Origin: an uncultured Methanoregulaceae archaeon
GTDB lineage: Archaea > Halobacteriota > Methanomicrobia > Methanomicrobiales > Methanospirillaceae
Assembly (NCBI GenBank): GCA_963705255.1
Contig: OY970061.1
Span: 32,001-96,000 of the forward strand
Direction of reading: 5' to 3'
DNA: 64,000 nucleotides
Positions 54,446 through 64,000 of the stretch are shown piece after piece. The translations under genes were made by a program, and so were the position numbers. Below the pieces are notes generated by a model. It worked only from the letters and a program-made list of their open reading frames with translations, was not told where the DNA came from and searched no databases. The stretch's first letter is position 1; every line of letters starts with the position of its first letter.

Positions 54446-56707
54446 ATGACAAGAGAGATGCTCCTTATGAACGATGCGCTGGAGGCCTACCTGTCCGGGC
54501 TCTCGTTTTCAGCGCAGGGAAAACACGGGGAGGCCCTCCTCTCGTTTGAGCACTCGCTGGCGCTGGACCCCGGAAACGCAGGTGCGTGGATCGGCAGGGG
54601 GCTTGCGCTCGCTTATCTCGGCCAGTACGAGCCGTGCGTCCAGGCATTCGACCGGGCGATCGCCCTGAATGAAAATGACGAGATCACCTGGTACAACCGG
54701 GGAATTGCCTTCCATATCCTGAAACATGACGAGGAAGCCATCCTCTCGTTCGACCGCGTGCTCCGGATCGCCCCCTCCCATACCCTTGCATGGGCGGGAA
54801 AAGCCCGGTCCTACGCCGCCCTTGAACATTACCGGGAGGCCATCGATGCCTATGACCGGTCGCTGGGCTATGGCACCGACGAGGTGAACTCGTGGACGGG
54901 GAAAGCCAACGCATACTTCGAACTGGACCAGTACGGGGAGGCACTCGCCTCGTTTGAGAAGGCGCTGGCCCTCGATGCCGGGCACACCCATTCCCTGAAC
55001 GGAAGGGCAGCGGTCCTGATGGAACTGGGGAGGATCGACGAATCGATCGGGACCTTTGAGAAGGTGCTGGCCCTCGATCCCGATAATGTCACTGCCCTGG
55101 CCGGCAGGGCCCAGGGAATGATCGTCTGCAGACGGTACGATACCGCTCTCGGGGACCTGGAACATGCGATACGGGTCGACGGACAGGACGCCAAGTCCTG
55201 GTACCTCCAGGGAGTCGCGCTCGGGTTATCCGGCAGAACGGACGAGGCATTCCACGCGTTTGGCCAGGCCCTCGCATTCAACCCGAATATAGCCCTCGTA
55301 TGGTACACCCAGGACGATCTCATCCATTTCATCGTCCGGGACCAGGACGAGATCAGGGCTTTCGGGCGCTCGCTGCCCATTGACCCCAACGTGAGTGAGG
55401 TCTGGTCGAGCCATGCCTACGGGCTCTCGCGGTCCGGAAGGTATGAAGAGTCCCTGCAGGAATATGAGAAGGAACTTGGCCTTGCCCCCGACTCGACCCT
55501 GCTCTGGTACAACAAAGGAGTTTCCCTCGACAGCCTCGGGCGGTACGAGGATGCCCTCCGCGCCTACGAAATGGCGGTCCTGAAAAATCCGGATCTGGCT
55601 GCCGCATGGTACAATAAAGCGCTGGTGCATGTGTATCTCGGGGAATACAGCAAGGCGCTCGAGTCCTGTGACCGGGCACTTGCAATCGACCAGAATTCGG
55701 CAGCCACCTGGTTCAACAAGGGAATCGTTTTCGGGTTACAGGGGAAGTACGAGATGGCGCTTGCTGCGTTCAACCGGGCGCTTTCGATCGCCCCGAAGAT
55801 GGCTTCGGCCTGGTTCAACCGCGGGGTAGCATTCCGCAGGCTCGGCCGGCATGCCGAAGCCGCGGAGTCGTACGACCGGGCGATCTCGTTTGACCGCGGT
55901 CTCATGACGGCATGGTTCAACAAGTCCTCGGAACTTGTCCGGACGGGAGCGTGGAAAGAAGCCCTGCAGGCCATCGGGATTGCACTCTCCATCCGTCAGA
56001 ACGATGCAGTGAGCTGGTACGTGAAAGGATTTGCCCATGCCAACCTGAAACAGGGCCGCGAAGCACAAGCGGCCCTGGACAAGGCGCGGGCGATCGATAC
56101 GAAACTGTACCTTGTCCAGTACCCGTTCGGCGGCGTCCTCTATCTCTCCCGTACCTACCATCCCGTATCCGCCGATGATGCCCGGAGCCGTGCCCCCGGA
56201 CAGGGCGATGCCCGGTCCTGGTACGAGAAGGGGGTGACCCTCTACCGCGGTTACCATTACGAGGAAGCTGTTGGTGCTGTCGACCGGGCCCTTGCGCTCG
56301 ATGCCGGGACCGCCCGGTCGTGGGTTCTCAGGGGGCTCGCGCTCCATAAACTCGGGAGGTACGAAGAGTCCCTCGTCTCGCTCGGCCATGCCCTTGCATC
56401 CGATCCGGAGAACTACAAGACATGGAATATCCGGGGGCTAGTCCATAAAAAACTCCATGACCTGCCATCCGCGCTTGCGGATTTCGATCATGCACTGGCC
56501 CTCAACCCGGGAATTGCCGGCAGCTGGCTGAACCGGGGAGTTATCCTCCTCCAGCTGAACCGTGACCGTGAAGCGGTCGATTCCCTTGAGCGTGCAGTCT
56601 CCCTGGGTTCCGGGGACAGGCGGGCCCTCAACGCCCTCGCGTATGCAAAGAAGAGGGTTGCAGCACCTGCGGGCCGGAGCGTGCAGAAAAAGGGATTGCC
56701 CGGGTGA
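54446..56707 (+). CDS. Large tetratricopeptide-repeat protein
   Basis: Many TPR units (AWYNKG..L..LGRYEEA...FDRAL..DP). Confidence 0.92.
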   Translation: MTREMLLMNDALEAYLSGLSFSAQGKHGEALLSFEHSLALDPGNAGAWIGRGLALAYLGQYEPCVQAFDRAIALNENDEITWYNRGIAFHILKHDEEAILSFDRVLRIAPSHTLAWAGKARSYAALEHYREAIDAYDRSLGYGTDEVNSWTGKANAYFELDQYGEALASFEKALALDAGHTHSLNGRAAVLMELGRIDESIGTFEKVLALDPDNVTALAGRAQGMIVCRRYDTALGDLEHAIRVDGQDAKSWYLQGVALGLSGRTDEAFHAFGQALAFNPNIALVWYTQDDLIHFIVRDQDEIRAFGRSLPIDPNVSEVWSSHAYGLSRSGRYEESLQEYEKELGLAPDSTLLWYNKGVSLDSLGRYEDALRAYEMAVLKNPDLAAAWYNKALVHVYLGEYSKALESCDRALAIDQNSAATWFNKGIVFGLQGKYEMALAAFNRALSIAPKMASAWFNRGVAFRRLGRHAEAAESYDRAISFDRGLMTAWFNKSSELVRTGAWKEALQAIGIALSIRQNDAVSWYVKGFAHANLKQGREAQAALDKARAIDTKLYLVQYPFGGVLYLSRTYHPVSADDARSRAPGQGDARSWYEKGVTLYRGYHYEEAVGAVDRALALDAGTARSWVLRGLALHKLGRYEESLVSLGHALASDPENYKTWNIRGLVHKKLHDLPSALADFDHALALNPGIAGSWLNRGVILLQLNRDREAVDSLERAVSLGSGDRRALNALAYAKKRVAAPAGRSVQKKGLPG

Positions 56708-56761
56708 CTGGTTAAGACCTGAGCAAGACTGGGTGAGGACGGGAAAAATTACTAATTAAAC

Positions 56762-57225
56762 ATTATGAGGGTTCCCCGCCTCAGGGCCTCTCCGAGGAGT
56801 CAATCGTCGCGCCAGCGAGGATTGACTGGAGAAGAATCCGCAAGGATTCTTCGACTTGCTTCATCCTGTACGGATGAAGCAGAGGAAGTTTGGAAAAACT
56901 TCCTCTTGCTGAATCTTGTAAAAGATGAGGCACGGCGGGGCAAGGAAGTTGAACCGCCGCTGGGTTAAGTTGAAAATTCTCTGTCAGAGAATTTTCTTCA
57001 GCCCGCCCTGACTATCGGGTCACGGCTGGCATCCCGTTGGGGATAATCCCACGAATGCATACTCCTCGGGAAAGTAATACAGCACTATCCCTGAGCGCAG
57101 GGAAGGTCGGGCGACATACCAGCCTGAAGGCTGGTGTGGTGCGCAGAAGATTTCCAGCGGAAATCTTCGAGGGGACAGGCACTGTCCCCTCCGTCATCAT
57201 TCATGCGTGATATTTTTTTCTAATA
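56762..57225 (+). mobile_element. MITE-like repeat family B, copy B3 (filled slots)
   Basis: Scaffold and slots 1-2 match B2; slot 3 (~57045-57190) holds different hairpins. Confidence 0.8.
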
Positions 57226-57316
57226 AAAATAGTCGGAAGAATTCTCATTCGCCCTGAACCACGGATCACTCAAATCTTCAGGAAAAGAATATTTTTACGA
57301 AGAAGAGGGAAAATAA

Positions 57317-58522
57317 TTATTTTTTCCTTGACTTTCTCTTCATCTGCATCTGCCTGACCATACGTCCCTGGATGCCGAAGTAGTTGGAGACGCCTATCGC
57401 ATGGCACTGGTCTATAGACGCACTGTCGAATGAGACGAGGTCGCTGGAATAGATTGCGTCAGGAGAGCTCCTGCCGAGCACCCGGGCACTCCCCTTGTAC
57501 AGTTCAAGGTCAACCGTACCGTTTACCCGCTCCTGCGTGGTATCAATAAACGCATTCAGTGCCGTATAAAGCGGTTCGTACACGAGCCCCTTGTAGGCGA
57601 GTTCGGACCACGTGTCATCGACCATTCTCTTGAAGGCGAGTTCCTGCCGGGTAAGTACCAGCCCCTCGAGGTCGCGGTGGGCCAGGAGGATGACCGTGGC
57701 TGCCGGGTGCTCGTAGTTCTCCCGCGCCTTGAGGCCGAGGATCCGGTCTTCGATCAGGTCATTGCGGCCGATGCCGTGCTTCCCTGCAAGGGCGTTAAGC
57801 TTCTGGATCAGGTCGTAGCCCCCGAGTTTCTTCCCGTTCAGCGCCACCGGGACGCCGCCCTGGAAAGTAAGCGTGATCTTCGCCGGTTTATCCGGGGCGT
57901 CCTGGGGCGAGGCAGTCCAGAGATAGATCTCTTCGGGGGGGTGGAATGCGGGGTCTTCGAGGCGCCCTCCCTCGATGCTCCGGCTCCAGCAGTTCTCGTC
58001 CATGCTCCACGGCTTCTCTTTTTTGACGGGGACGGGGATGTCATGCTGCTGGGCATACTCAATCTCCCAGTCCCGGGTGAGGTTCAGTTCACGTATGGGG
58101 GCCACGACTTCGAGCCCGGCGCTGCGGATGATGAAATCGAACCGGAGCTGGTCGTTGCCCTTGCCCGTGCACCCGTGGCCTATGGCCGTTGCTCCTTCCT
58201 TCCGGGCGATCTTCACCACTTCTTCTGCTATGAGCGGGCGGGCAAGGGAAGTACCCATGGGGTAGCCCTCGTATGAACCGTTCGCCTTTATCGCCGGGAA
58301 GATATGCTCCCTGACAAACCGTTCCCGTACATCGATGGTATAATGGCGGTCGGCCATCTTTCTGCCTTTTCTGGTTGCAACCTCAATCTCTTCGTCCCGC
58401 TGGCCGACATGTACGGCAACCGTGACCACGCGATCGTACTCGTAGCGCTCCTTGAGGAGCGGGATGCAGATGGAGGTGTCAAGCCCCCCGGAATATGCAA
58501 GAACTATGGTGCCTTTTCCCAT
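57317..58522 (-). CDS. argG: Argininosuccinate synthase
   Basis: [31 protein letters not shown]. Confidence 0.97.
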   Translation of the reverse strand: MGKGTIVLAYSGGLDTSICIPLLKERYEYDRVVTVAVHVGQRDEEIEVATRKGRKMADRHYTIDVRERFVREHIFPAIKANGSYEGYPMGTSLARPLIAEEVVKIARKEGATAIGHGCTGKGNDQLRFDFIIRSAGLEVVAPIRELNLTRDWEIEYAQQHDIPVPVKKEKPWSMDENCWSRSIEGGRLEDPAFHPPEEIYLWTASPQDAPDKPAKITLTFQGGVPVALNGKKLGGYDLIQKLNALAGKHGIGRNDLIEDRILGLKARENYEHPAATVILLAHRDLEGLVLTRQELAFKRMVDDTWSELAYKGLVYEPLYTALNAFIDTTQERVNGTVDLELYKGSARVLGRSSPDAIYSSDLVSFDSASIDQCHAIGVSNYFGIQGRMVRQMQMKRKSRKK

Positions 58523-58692
58523 GATGGATTCCCCTTCCGGGTGATAATGCTGTACTGGTAGGCTTTCTCAGCATATATGTTGGAGGGCGCAGCAGTGTTC
58601 GCTAAAGTAGAGCGTGACCGGCTGAAACCGGAAACAGGAACGAAAAAAAATAGTTGTCCAGGTTTTTGTCCTGAACATTTATTGTAGCGGGT

Positions 58693-59208
58693 TTACGTGG
58701 TGACGGTGATGACTCCCTGCATTAATGGCTGGAATGTTGTTGTGTAGCCGAATGAACCGGCGACGGGGAAGGTAACCGTAAGGGGTGTTCCAAAGGGGAT
58801 CAAGAGGGCGTTCATGCTGCCAAAGTATTTCCCGGACTGGAATGCGGTTGCCTGAATGCCGTGGGGTTTGAAGGGATCGTTGTTGACAAAGACTACATTG
58901 CTGCCGGCCTTGATAGTGACGGAGGTCCCGGGAATGATGGTCCCTGCCTGGCCGAAGGTGATCGTGACGGATGGGACAGGGGTCGGCGCCGGGGTTGGTG
59001 TGGCGGTTACATTGGCAGTCATATTAACCGTCATATTAACAACGGGGGCTACCGTTGTCGGGACCGGTGTCGGGGGCACAGTTGTCATGACTGGTGTCAT
59101 GACCGGTGTGGCAGTGGGGGTTGCTACGGGTGTTGCGGGCTGCGAGGTGCATCCCGCGAGCAGAATCCCGGTGAACAGGATCGCAAGAACAACAAGAAAT
59201 TTCTTCAT
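58693..59208 (-). CDS. Lipoprotein with Thr/Pro-rich linker and cupredoxin-like domain
   Basis: Lipobox LAGC, T/P repeats, KAG..V.FVNND..PH..FPVAGSFGY...PLMQG.ITV. Confidence 0.8.
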   Translation of the reverse strand: MKKFLVVLAILFTGILLAGCTSQPATPVATPTATPVMTPVMTTVPPTPVPTTVAPVVNMTVNMTANVTATPTPAPTPVPSVTITFGQAGTIIPGTSVTIKAGSNVVFVNNDPFKPHGIQATAFQSGKYFGSMNALLIPFGTPLTVTFPVAGSFGYTTTFQPLMQGVITVTT

Positions 59209-59338
59209 GCATCTTTTTTTGTTATTTCGGTATATAAGGATATTCAATTATCCGGCAGAATACTCCCGGCCGGACCGAACTGGCGGCACGGTTCCCGATC
59301 CATGATAAAAGGAAAGACCGGTATGGTTCACGCCGGCA

Positions 59339-62300
59339 TTACTTAAGATAATGGCTGATCGGTTCAAGCGTGACTTTCTCCCGCTTGATGGCATCAATGG
59401 CAAGCGCCGCCGCCCGCGCTGCCTGGAGCGTGGTGATATACGGGATCTGGTAGTCTACTGCCGCACGCATGATCTGGTAATGGTCCTGCCGGGACTGCCG
59501 GTCCTGCGGGGTATTGATGATGAGCCGGATCTCCCCGTGTCGCATCATGTCCAGGACGTTGGGTGACCCCTCCTGGACTTTCCTGACAAGGTTTGATTCG
59601 ACCCCGGCGTCGTGCAGGTAATCAACCGTGCCCTCCGTACCGTAGAGGGTGAGGTCGAGATCCCGCAGCTGGCGTGCGATCGGTATCGCCTCGTCTTTCT
59701 GCTCGATATTCACGGAGATGAAGATATTTCCCTTGAGCGGCAGTTCGTTGTCGGCAGAGATGCAGGCCTTGTAAAAGGCAAGGCCGAAGTCGTAATCGAT
59801 CCCCATAACTTCTCCGGTGCTCTTCATCTCGGGGCCAAGAACGGTGTCGACTCCCGCAAGCTTGTTGAAGGGGAGCAGCACTTCCTTGACCGCGACGTGG
59901 CGGATCTCCCGCTCCTTATACCCGAGGTCCTTCAGTTTTTTCCCGACCATGACCTTTGCTGCAATCTTTGCAACGGGGATCCCCGTTGCCTTGGAGACGA
60001 ACGGGACCGTCCTGCTGGCACGGGGATTTGCCTCAAGGACGTACACGACACTGTCCTTGACCGCAAGCTGGAGGTTCACGAGACCGATCACCCCCAGTCC
60101 CAGTGCTATCTTCCGGGTATATTCCCGTACGGTATCCACGACCGCGGGTGGCAGGGACTGAGTCGGGATCACGCAGGCGGAATCGCCGGAGTGGATCCCG
60201 GCCTGCTCGATGTGTTCCATGATACCGCCGATCAGGACCTCTTCGCCGTCGCAGACTGCATCCACGTCAAGCTCGATGGCGTTCTGGAGATAGGAATCGA
60301 TGAGGACCGGGTGGTTCCTGCTCACCCTGACTGCCTCCTTCATGTAAGTTTCGAGCTCGCGTTCATCGTGGACGATCTCCATCGCCCTGCCACCGAGGAC
60401 ATAGGACGGCCTGACAAGGACCGGATACCCGATCTTTTCTGCCATCGCCCGGGCCTCGCTCTCGGAATAGGCGGAACTGTTCGCTGGGCTGGGAATGTTG
60501 AGTTTCGTCAGGAGCATGCTGAACCGGTCCCGGTCCTCTGCGATATCCATGGCATCAGGGCTCGTCCCGAGAATGCGGGTTTTAAGGCCGAGGCGTGCGA
60601 TCTCGTTCTCGATGGGGACGGCGAGGTTCACGGCATTCTGCCCGCCGAACTGCACCATCACGCCGTAGTAATGGTCTTTCAGGAGGATGTTTGAGACGTC
60701 CTCGAGCTGCATGGGTTCGAAGAAGAGGCGGTCGGAGGTATCGAAGTCCGTGGAGACGGTCTCCGGGTTGTTGTTGACGATGTGGACCTCGACACCCTCG
60801 TCCCGCAGCGCCTGGACCGCGTGGACCGTGCAGTAATCGAACTCGATTCCCTGGCCGATACGGATCGGGCCGGAGCCGAGAATGAGGACTTTCTGGCTGG
60901 TGCTCGGGACAATTTCGCAGACCGGTTCCTGGGTCGAGTAGAAATACGGGGTGCTTGCCGGGAACTCGGCAGCGCAGGTGTCGACCATCTTGTAGGACGG
61001 GAGTCCTGCGGCCTGCTCGATCTCCCCGGCAGGTCTCCCGGAGATCTTTGCGATCTCCGCGTTCGAGAACCCGTATTTTTTTGCGGCAAGAATGTCGGCA
61101 GGGCCGCACCGGGCCGCAAGGTGCTTTTCAAGGTCAACGATATTTTTGATCTTTTCCAGGAAGAACGGCGTGATCGAGGTGAGCAGCGCTGTCTCTTCGA
61201 GAGTGAATCCCAGCCGGAACGCATCGAACAGGCAGTGGAACCGCTCATCGGTCGGGCGGGAGAGGATCATCCGGACCTCGCTTTGGCTCGTGTGGGTCCG
61301 CACATCCGTGTCAAGGGAGCGTTTTGCCTTCATGAACGCCTCCTCGAGTGTCCGCCCGATGGCCATCACTTCCCCGGTACTCTTCATGGATGTCGTGAGG
61401 GTCCTGTCGGCACCCTTGAACTTGTCGAACGGCCAGCGGGGAACCTTAACCACGATGTAATCGATAGTGGGTTCAAAGGACGCGGGTGTGCACCCGGTCA
61501 CCGTGTTGGTGATCTCGTCGAGACGCAGGCCGATCGCAATCTTTGCTGCCACTCGGGCAATAGGGTACCCCGTTGCTTTTGAAGCGAGTGCCGAAGACCG
61601 CGAGACTCTCGGGTTGACTTCGATCACCCGGTAGTCGCCATCCAGGAATGCGAACTGGACGTTGCAGCCGCCCTGAACGTCCAAAGCCCTGATGATGCGG
61701 ATCGCCGCGCTGCGCATCATCTGGAACTCGTCGTCGCGCAGGGTGAGGATAGGGGCAACGACAACGCTCTCGCCCGTGTGAATGCCCATCGGGTCAACAT
61801 TTTCCATACCGCATACGATGATGCAGGTATCGGCGGCATCACGCATCACTTCGAACTCGATCTCTTTCCAGCCCATGACGCTCTCTTCAATGAGCACCTG
61901 GTGGATACGGGACCGGGAGAGCCCGAGCTCGATGATCCTGATCAGTTCTTCGCGGGTCTTCCCGATCCCGCCCCCCGCTCCACCGAGGGTATAGGCAGGT
62001 CGCACTACGGCCGGGAGGCCGATCTCCCTGATCGCCTCGTCCACCTGGCTGAGAGAATTGATGACCGTGCTCTTCGGCACCGGCTCGCCGATTGCCTCCA
62101 TGAGGTCGCGGAATTTCTGGCGGTCCTCCCCCTTGTAGATTGCCTCGAGGGGAGTGCCGAGGATCTCGACGCCTTTCAGGGCACCCATTTCGGCGAGTTC
62201 CGCGGTGAGGTTAAGGCCGGTCTGACCGCCCATGCCCGAGAGAATGCCATCCGGCCGCTCCTTCTCGATGATCTTGGCGATGAAATCGGCCCGGAGCGGC

Positions 62301-62500
62301 TCGATGTAGACCTCGTCTGCCATCTCCGGGTCGGTCATGATGGTGGCCGGGTTCGAGTTGACGAGCACGACTTTCACCCCCTCTTCCCGGAGCGCCCGGC
62401 ACGCCTGGGAGCCGGAGAAGTCGAACTCGGCAGCCTGCCCGATCTGGATGGGCCCCGACCCGATCAGGAGGACTTTCCTGATATCGGTCCTGCGGGGCAT
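59339..62500 (-). CDS. carB: Carbamoyl-phosphate synthase large subunit
   Basis: GSGPIQIGQAAEFD, duplicated ATP-grasp domains, MGS domain. Confidence 0.98.
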   Translation of the reverse strand: MPRRTDIRKVLLIGSGPIQIGQAAEFDFSGSQACRALREEGVKVVLVNSNPATIMTDPEMADEVYIEPLRADFIAKIIEKERPDGILSGMGGQTGLNLTAELAEMGALKGVEILGTPLEAIYKGEDRQKFRDLMEAIGEPVPKSTVINSLSQVDEAIREIGLPAVVRPAYTLGGAGGGIGKTREELIRIIELGLSRSRIHQVLIEESVMGWKEIEFEVMRDAADTCIIVCGMENVDPMGIHTGESVVVAPILTLRDDEFQMMRSAAIRIIRALDVQGGCNVQFAFLDGDYRVIEVNPRVSRSSALASKATGYPIARVAAKIAIGLRLDEITNTVTGCTPASFEPTIDYIVVKVPRWPFDKFKGADRTLTTSMKSTGEVMAIGRTLEEAFMKAKRSLDTDVRTHTSQSEVRMILSRPTDERFHCLFDAFRLGFTLEETALLTSITPFFLEKIKNIVDLEKHLAARCGPADILAAKKYGFSNAEIAKISGRPAGEIEQAAGLPSYKMVDTCAAEFPASTPYFYSTQEPVCEIVPSTSQKVLILGSGPIRIGQGIEFDYCTVHAVQALRDEGVEVHIVNNNPETVSTDFDTSDRLFFEPMQLEDVSNILLKDHYYGVMVQFGGQNAVNLAVPIENEIARLGLKTRILGTSPDAMDIAEDRDRFSMLLTKLNIPSPANSSAYSESEARAMAEKIGYPVLVRPSYVLGGRAMEIVHDERELETYMKEAVRVSRNHPVLIDSYLQNAIELDVDAVCDGEEVLIGGIMEHIEQAGIHSGDSACVIPTQSLPPAVVDTVREYTRKIALGLGVIGLVNLQLAVKDSVVYVLEANPRASRTVPFVSKATGIPVAKIAAKVMVGKKLKDLGYKEREIRHVAVKEVLLPFNKLAGVDTVLGPEMKSTGEVMGIDYDFGLAFYKACISADNELPLKGNIFISVNIEQKDEAIPIARQLRDLDLTLYGTEGTVDYLHDAGVESNLVRKVQEGSPNVLDMMRHGEIRLIINTPQDRQSRQDHYQIMRAAVDYQIPYITTLQAARAAALAIDAIKREKVTLEPISHYLK

Positions 62501-63556
62501 TTACGCAATCCTCCTGAAGAGCCCGTCGAAGAAGTGCTCCTCCGTGTCGCGGGGTCCCCCGTGGGCCTCCGGGTGGAACTGGACGGTCGTCAGGCAGAGA
62601 TCCTCGTTCTCGAACCCTTCCACGGTCCCGTCGTTCACGTTGGTGTAGGTCACGTTCGTCCCTTCGGGAAGGGACTGCGCATCCACGGCAAACCCGTGGT
62701 TCTGGGTGGTGATGAAGATCCGCCCGTCTTTGAACCGTACCGGCTGGTTTGCGCCCCGGTGCCCGAACTTGAGCTTGTAGGTATCCCCGCCAAGCGCAAG
62801 CGCCGCGACCTGGTTGCCCATGCAGATCCCGAAGACCGGCATCTGCCCAATCAGGTCCTTCATGCAGCGGATAGCATCCGTTGCCTGCTTGGGGTCCCCG
62901 GGCCCGTTGCTGACGAACAGGGCATCGGGCCTGCAGGCAAGGACCTGGTCGGCCGTGGCGTTGTACGGGAAGACATGGAGATCCCCGCCCCGCTTCGAGA
63001 GGCTGACCAGCATGTTCTTCTTGATCCCGAGGTCGATGACGGCGATCCTTTTCCCGCACCCCTTCACGTGGTAGGGTTCCCGGCAGGAGACCTCGGGGAT
63101 CGGGACGATGTCGCAGATCGTGGGCGTGCGGCGGGCAAGCTGTACGGCAGAGGCGCCATCGTCACTGCCTACGACGAGTGCGGCCCGCATCGTACCGTGG
63201 ACGCGGGTCTTGATGGTCAGGGCCCGGGTGTCGACCCCGGTCATGCCGAGAAGGCGGTTCTCTTCAAAAAAGGACCTGATGGAAGGCAGGGCAGCGGGTT
63301 TCTCGCAGATCTCTTTGGTTATGCACCCGAGTGCACAGACCTTCGGGTTCTGGAAGTTCTTCGGGTCGACCCCGTAGTTCCCGATGAGCGGGAACGTGAA
63401 CATCAGGATCTGGCCGAAATAACTCGGGTCGGTGAGCGATTCCATGTAACCGGTCATCTGCGTGTTGAACACGAGCTCGCCGGCGCATTCCTCCTCGACA
63501 CCGAAACCTTCCCCGACGACAAATTGCCCGTCTTCCAGACCCAGAACTGCCTTCAT
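62501..63556 (-). CDS. carA: Carbamoyl-phosphate synthase small subunit
   Basis: GELVFNT..TGY.ESLTDPSY, SNGPGDP, FGICMG, QFHPE. Confidence 0.97.
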   Translation of the reverse strand: MKAVLGLEDGQFVVGEGFGVEEECAGELVFNTQMTGYMESLTDPSYFGQILMFTFPLIGNYGVDPKNFQNPKVCALGCITKEICEKPAALPSIRSFFEENRLLGMTGVDTRALTIKTRVHGTMRAALVVGSDDGASAVQLARRTPTICDIVPIPEVSCREPYHVKGCGKRIAVIDLGIKKNMLVSLSKRGGDLHVFPYNATADQVLACRPDALFVSNGPGDPKQATDAIRCMKDLIGQMPVFGICMGNQVAALALGGDTYKLKFGHRGANQPVRFKDGRIFITTQNHGFAVDAQSLPEGTNVTYTNVNDGTVEGFENEDLCLTTVQFHPEAHGGPRDTEEHFFDGLFRRIA

Positions 63557-63756
63557 GATTTCCATATGGTATGTGCGGGAATAGTTATTAACGATAGTGC
63601 AATTACCAGCGCCCCGTTTCCATAGGTATGGCCCGCGCTGCATGCTCACGCCGCAGATACCTGAAACAGGCACTGCCGGAACCCGCGTCTGTCTGAAAAG
63701 ATACGAATAAGAAGATTACGTGCTGATATTCAATGATAACGTCAACCCGGTTGACG

Positions 63757-64000
63757 GTGAACAGAATTGGAACACAAGGCAGGAAGATTGTAGGGACCGA
63801 TGTTGCGGAACTGCTGAGGCTCCTCAACAAGGCATTTTCCGATGAATGGCTTGCGTATTACCAATACTGGATCGGCTCCAAAGTCGTCCGCGGGCCGGGC
63901 AAGGAGGCCGTTATCGCCGAGCTGACCCTTCACGCAACCGAGGAACTCGCCCACGCGACCCTTCTCACGACAAGGATCATCCAGCTCGGAGGGACCCCGG
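63757..64000 (+). CDS. DPS-like (DPSL) ferritin-family protein (3' partial; not in ORF track)
   Basis: Manual translation GTQGRKIVG..LNKAFSDEWLAYYQYW..HATEELAHA..RIIQLGGTP. Confidence 0.85.
   Translation, partial: MNRIGTQGRKIVGTDVAELLRLLNKAFSDEWLAYYQYWIGSKVVRGPGKEAVIAELTLHATEELAHATLLTTRIIQLGGTP

Overview
Chromosomal window from a methanogenic archaeon, most likely Methanomicrobiales (Methanoregula/Methanolinea-like). This assignment is inferred from methanogenesis marker 14, form III RuBisCO, tetraether synthase, CarS, GGGP synthase, archaeal DnaG and many PAS kinases. Most of the window is housekeeping: pyrK/D/C/E, carAB, argF/G, purD, polB, uvrB, topA, gatCAB, trmJ, ala and tRNA-Leu(TAA). 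At least ten genes carry small indels, mostly at homopolymers, which are probably long-read assembly errors. The most unusual signal is non-coding. Six intergenic copies of two related MITE-like repeat families (A: 11549-11928, 16086-16700, 43071-43465; B: 34885-35120, 37949-38455, 56762-57225) have a conserved scaffold with fixed slots. Each slot is either empty or filled with a variable array of ~20-30 bp hairpin modules. The main slots are bounded by 4-bp direct repeats. Modules are shared between the two families and follow one strand-specific grammar: GA-GAAG-stem-c(RNNA)g loop-stem-CTTC-GA. Other notable items are a diverged 3'-end duplication of tes flanking a 2.8 kb cargo block, a truncated tRNA-Leu in tandem with a D-stem-variant tRNA-Leu, an AT-rich orphan with an HhH-glycosylase-like motif, and a cupredoxin-like lipoprotein lacking Cu ligands.
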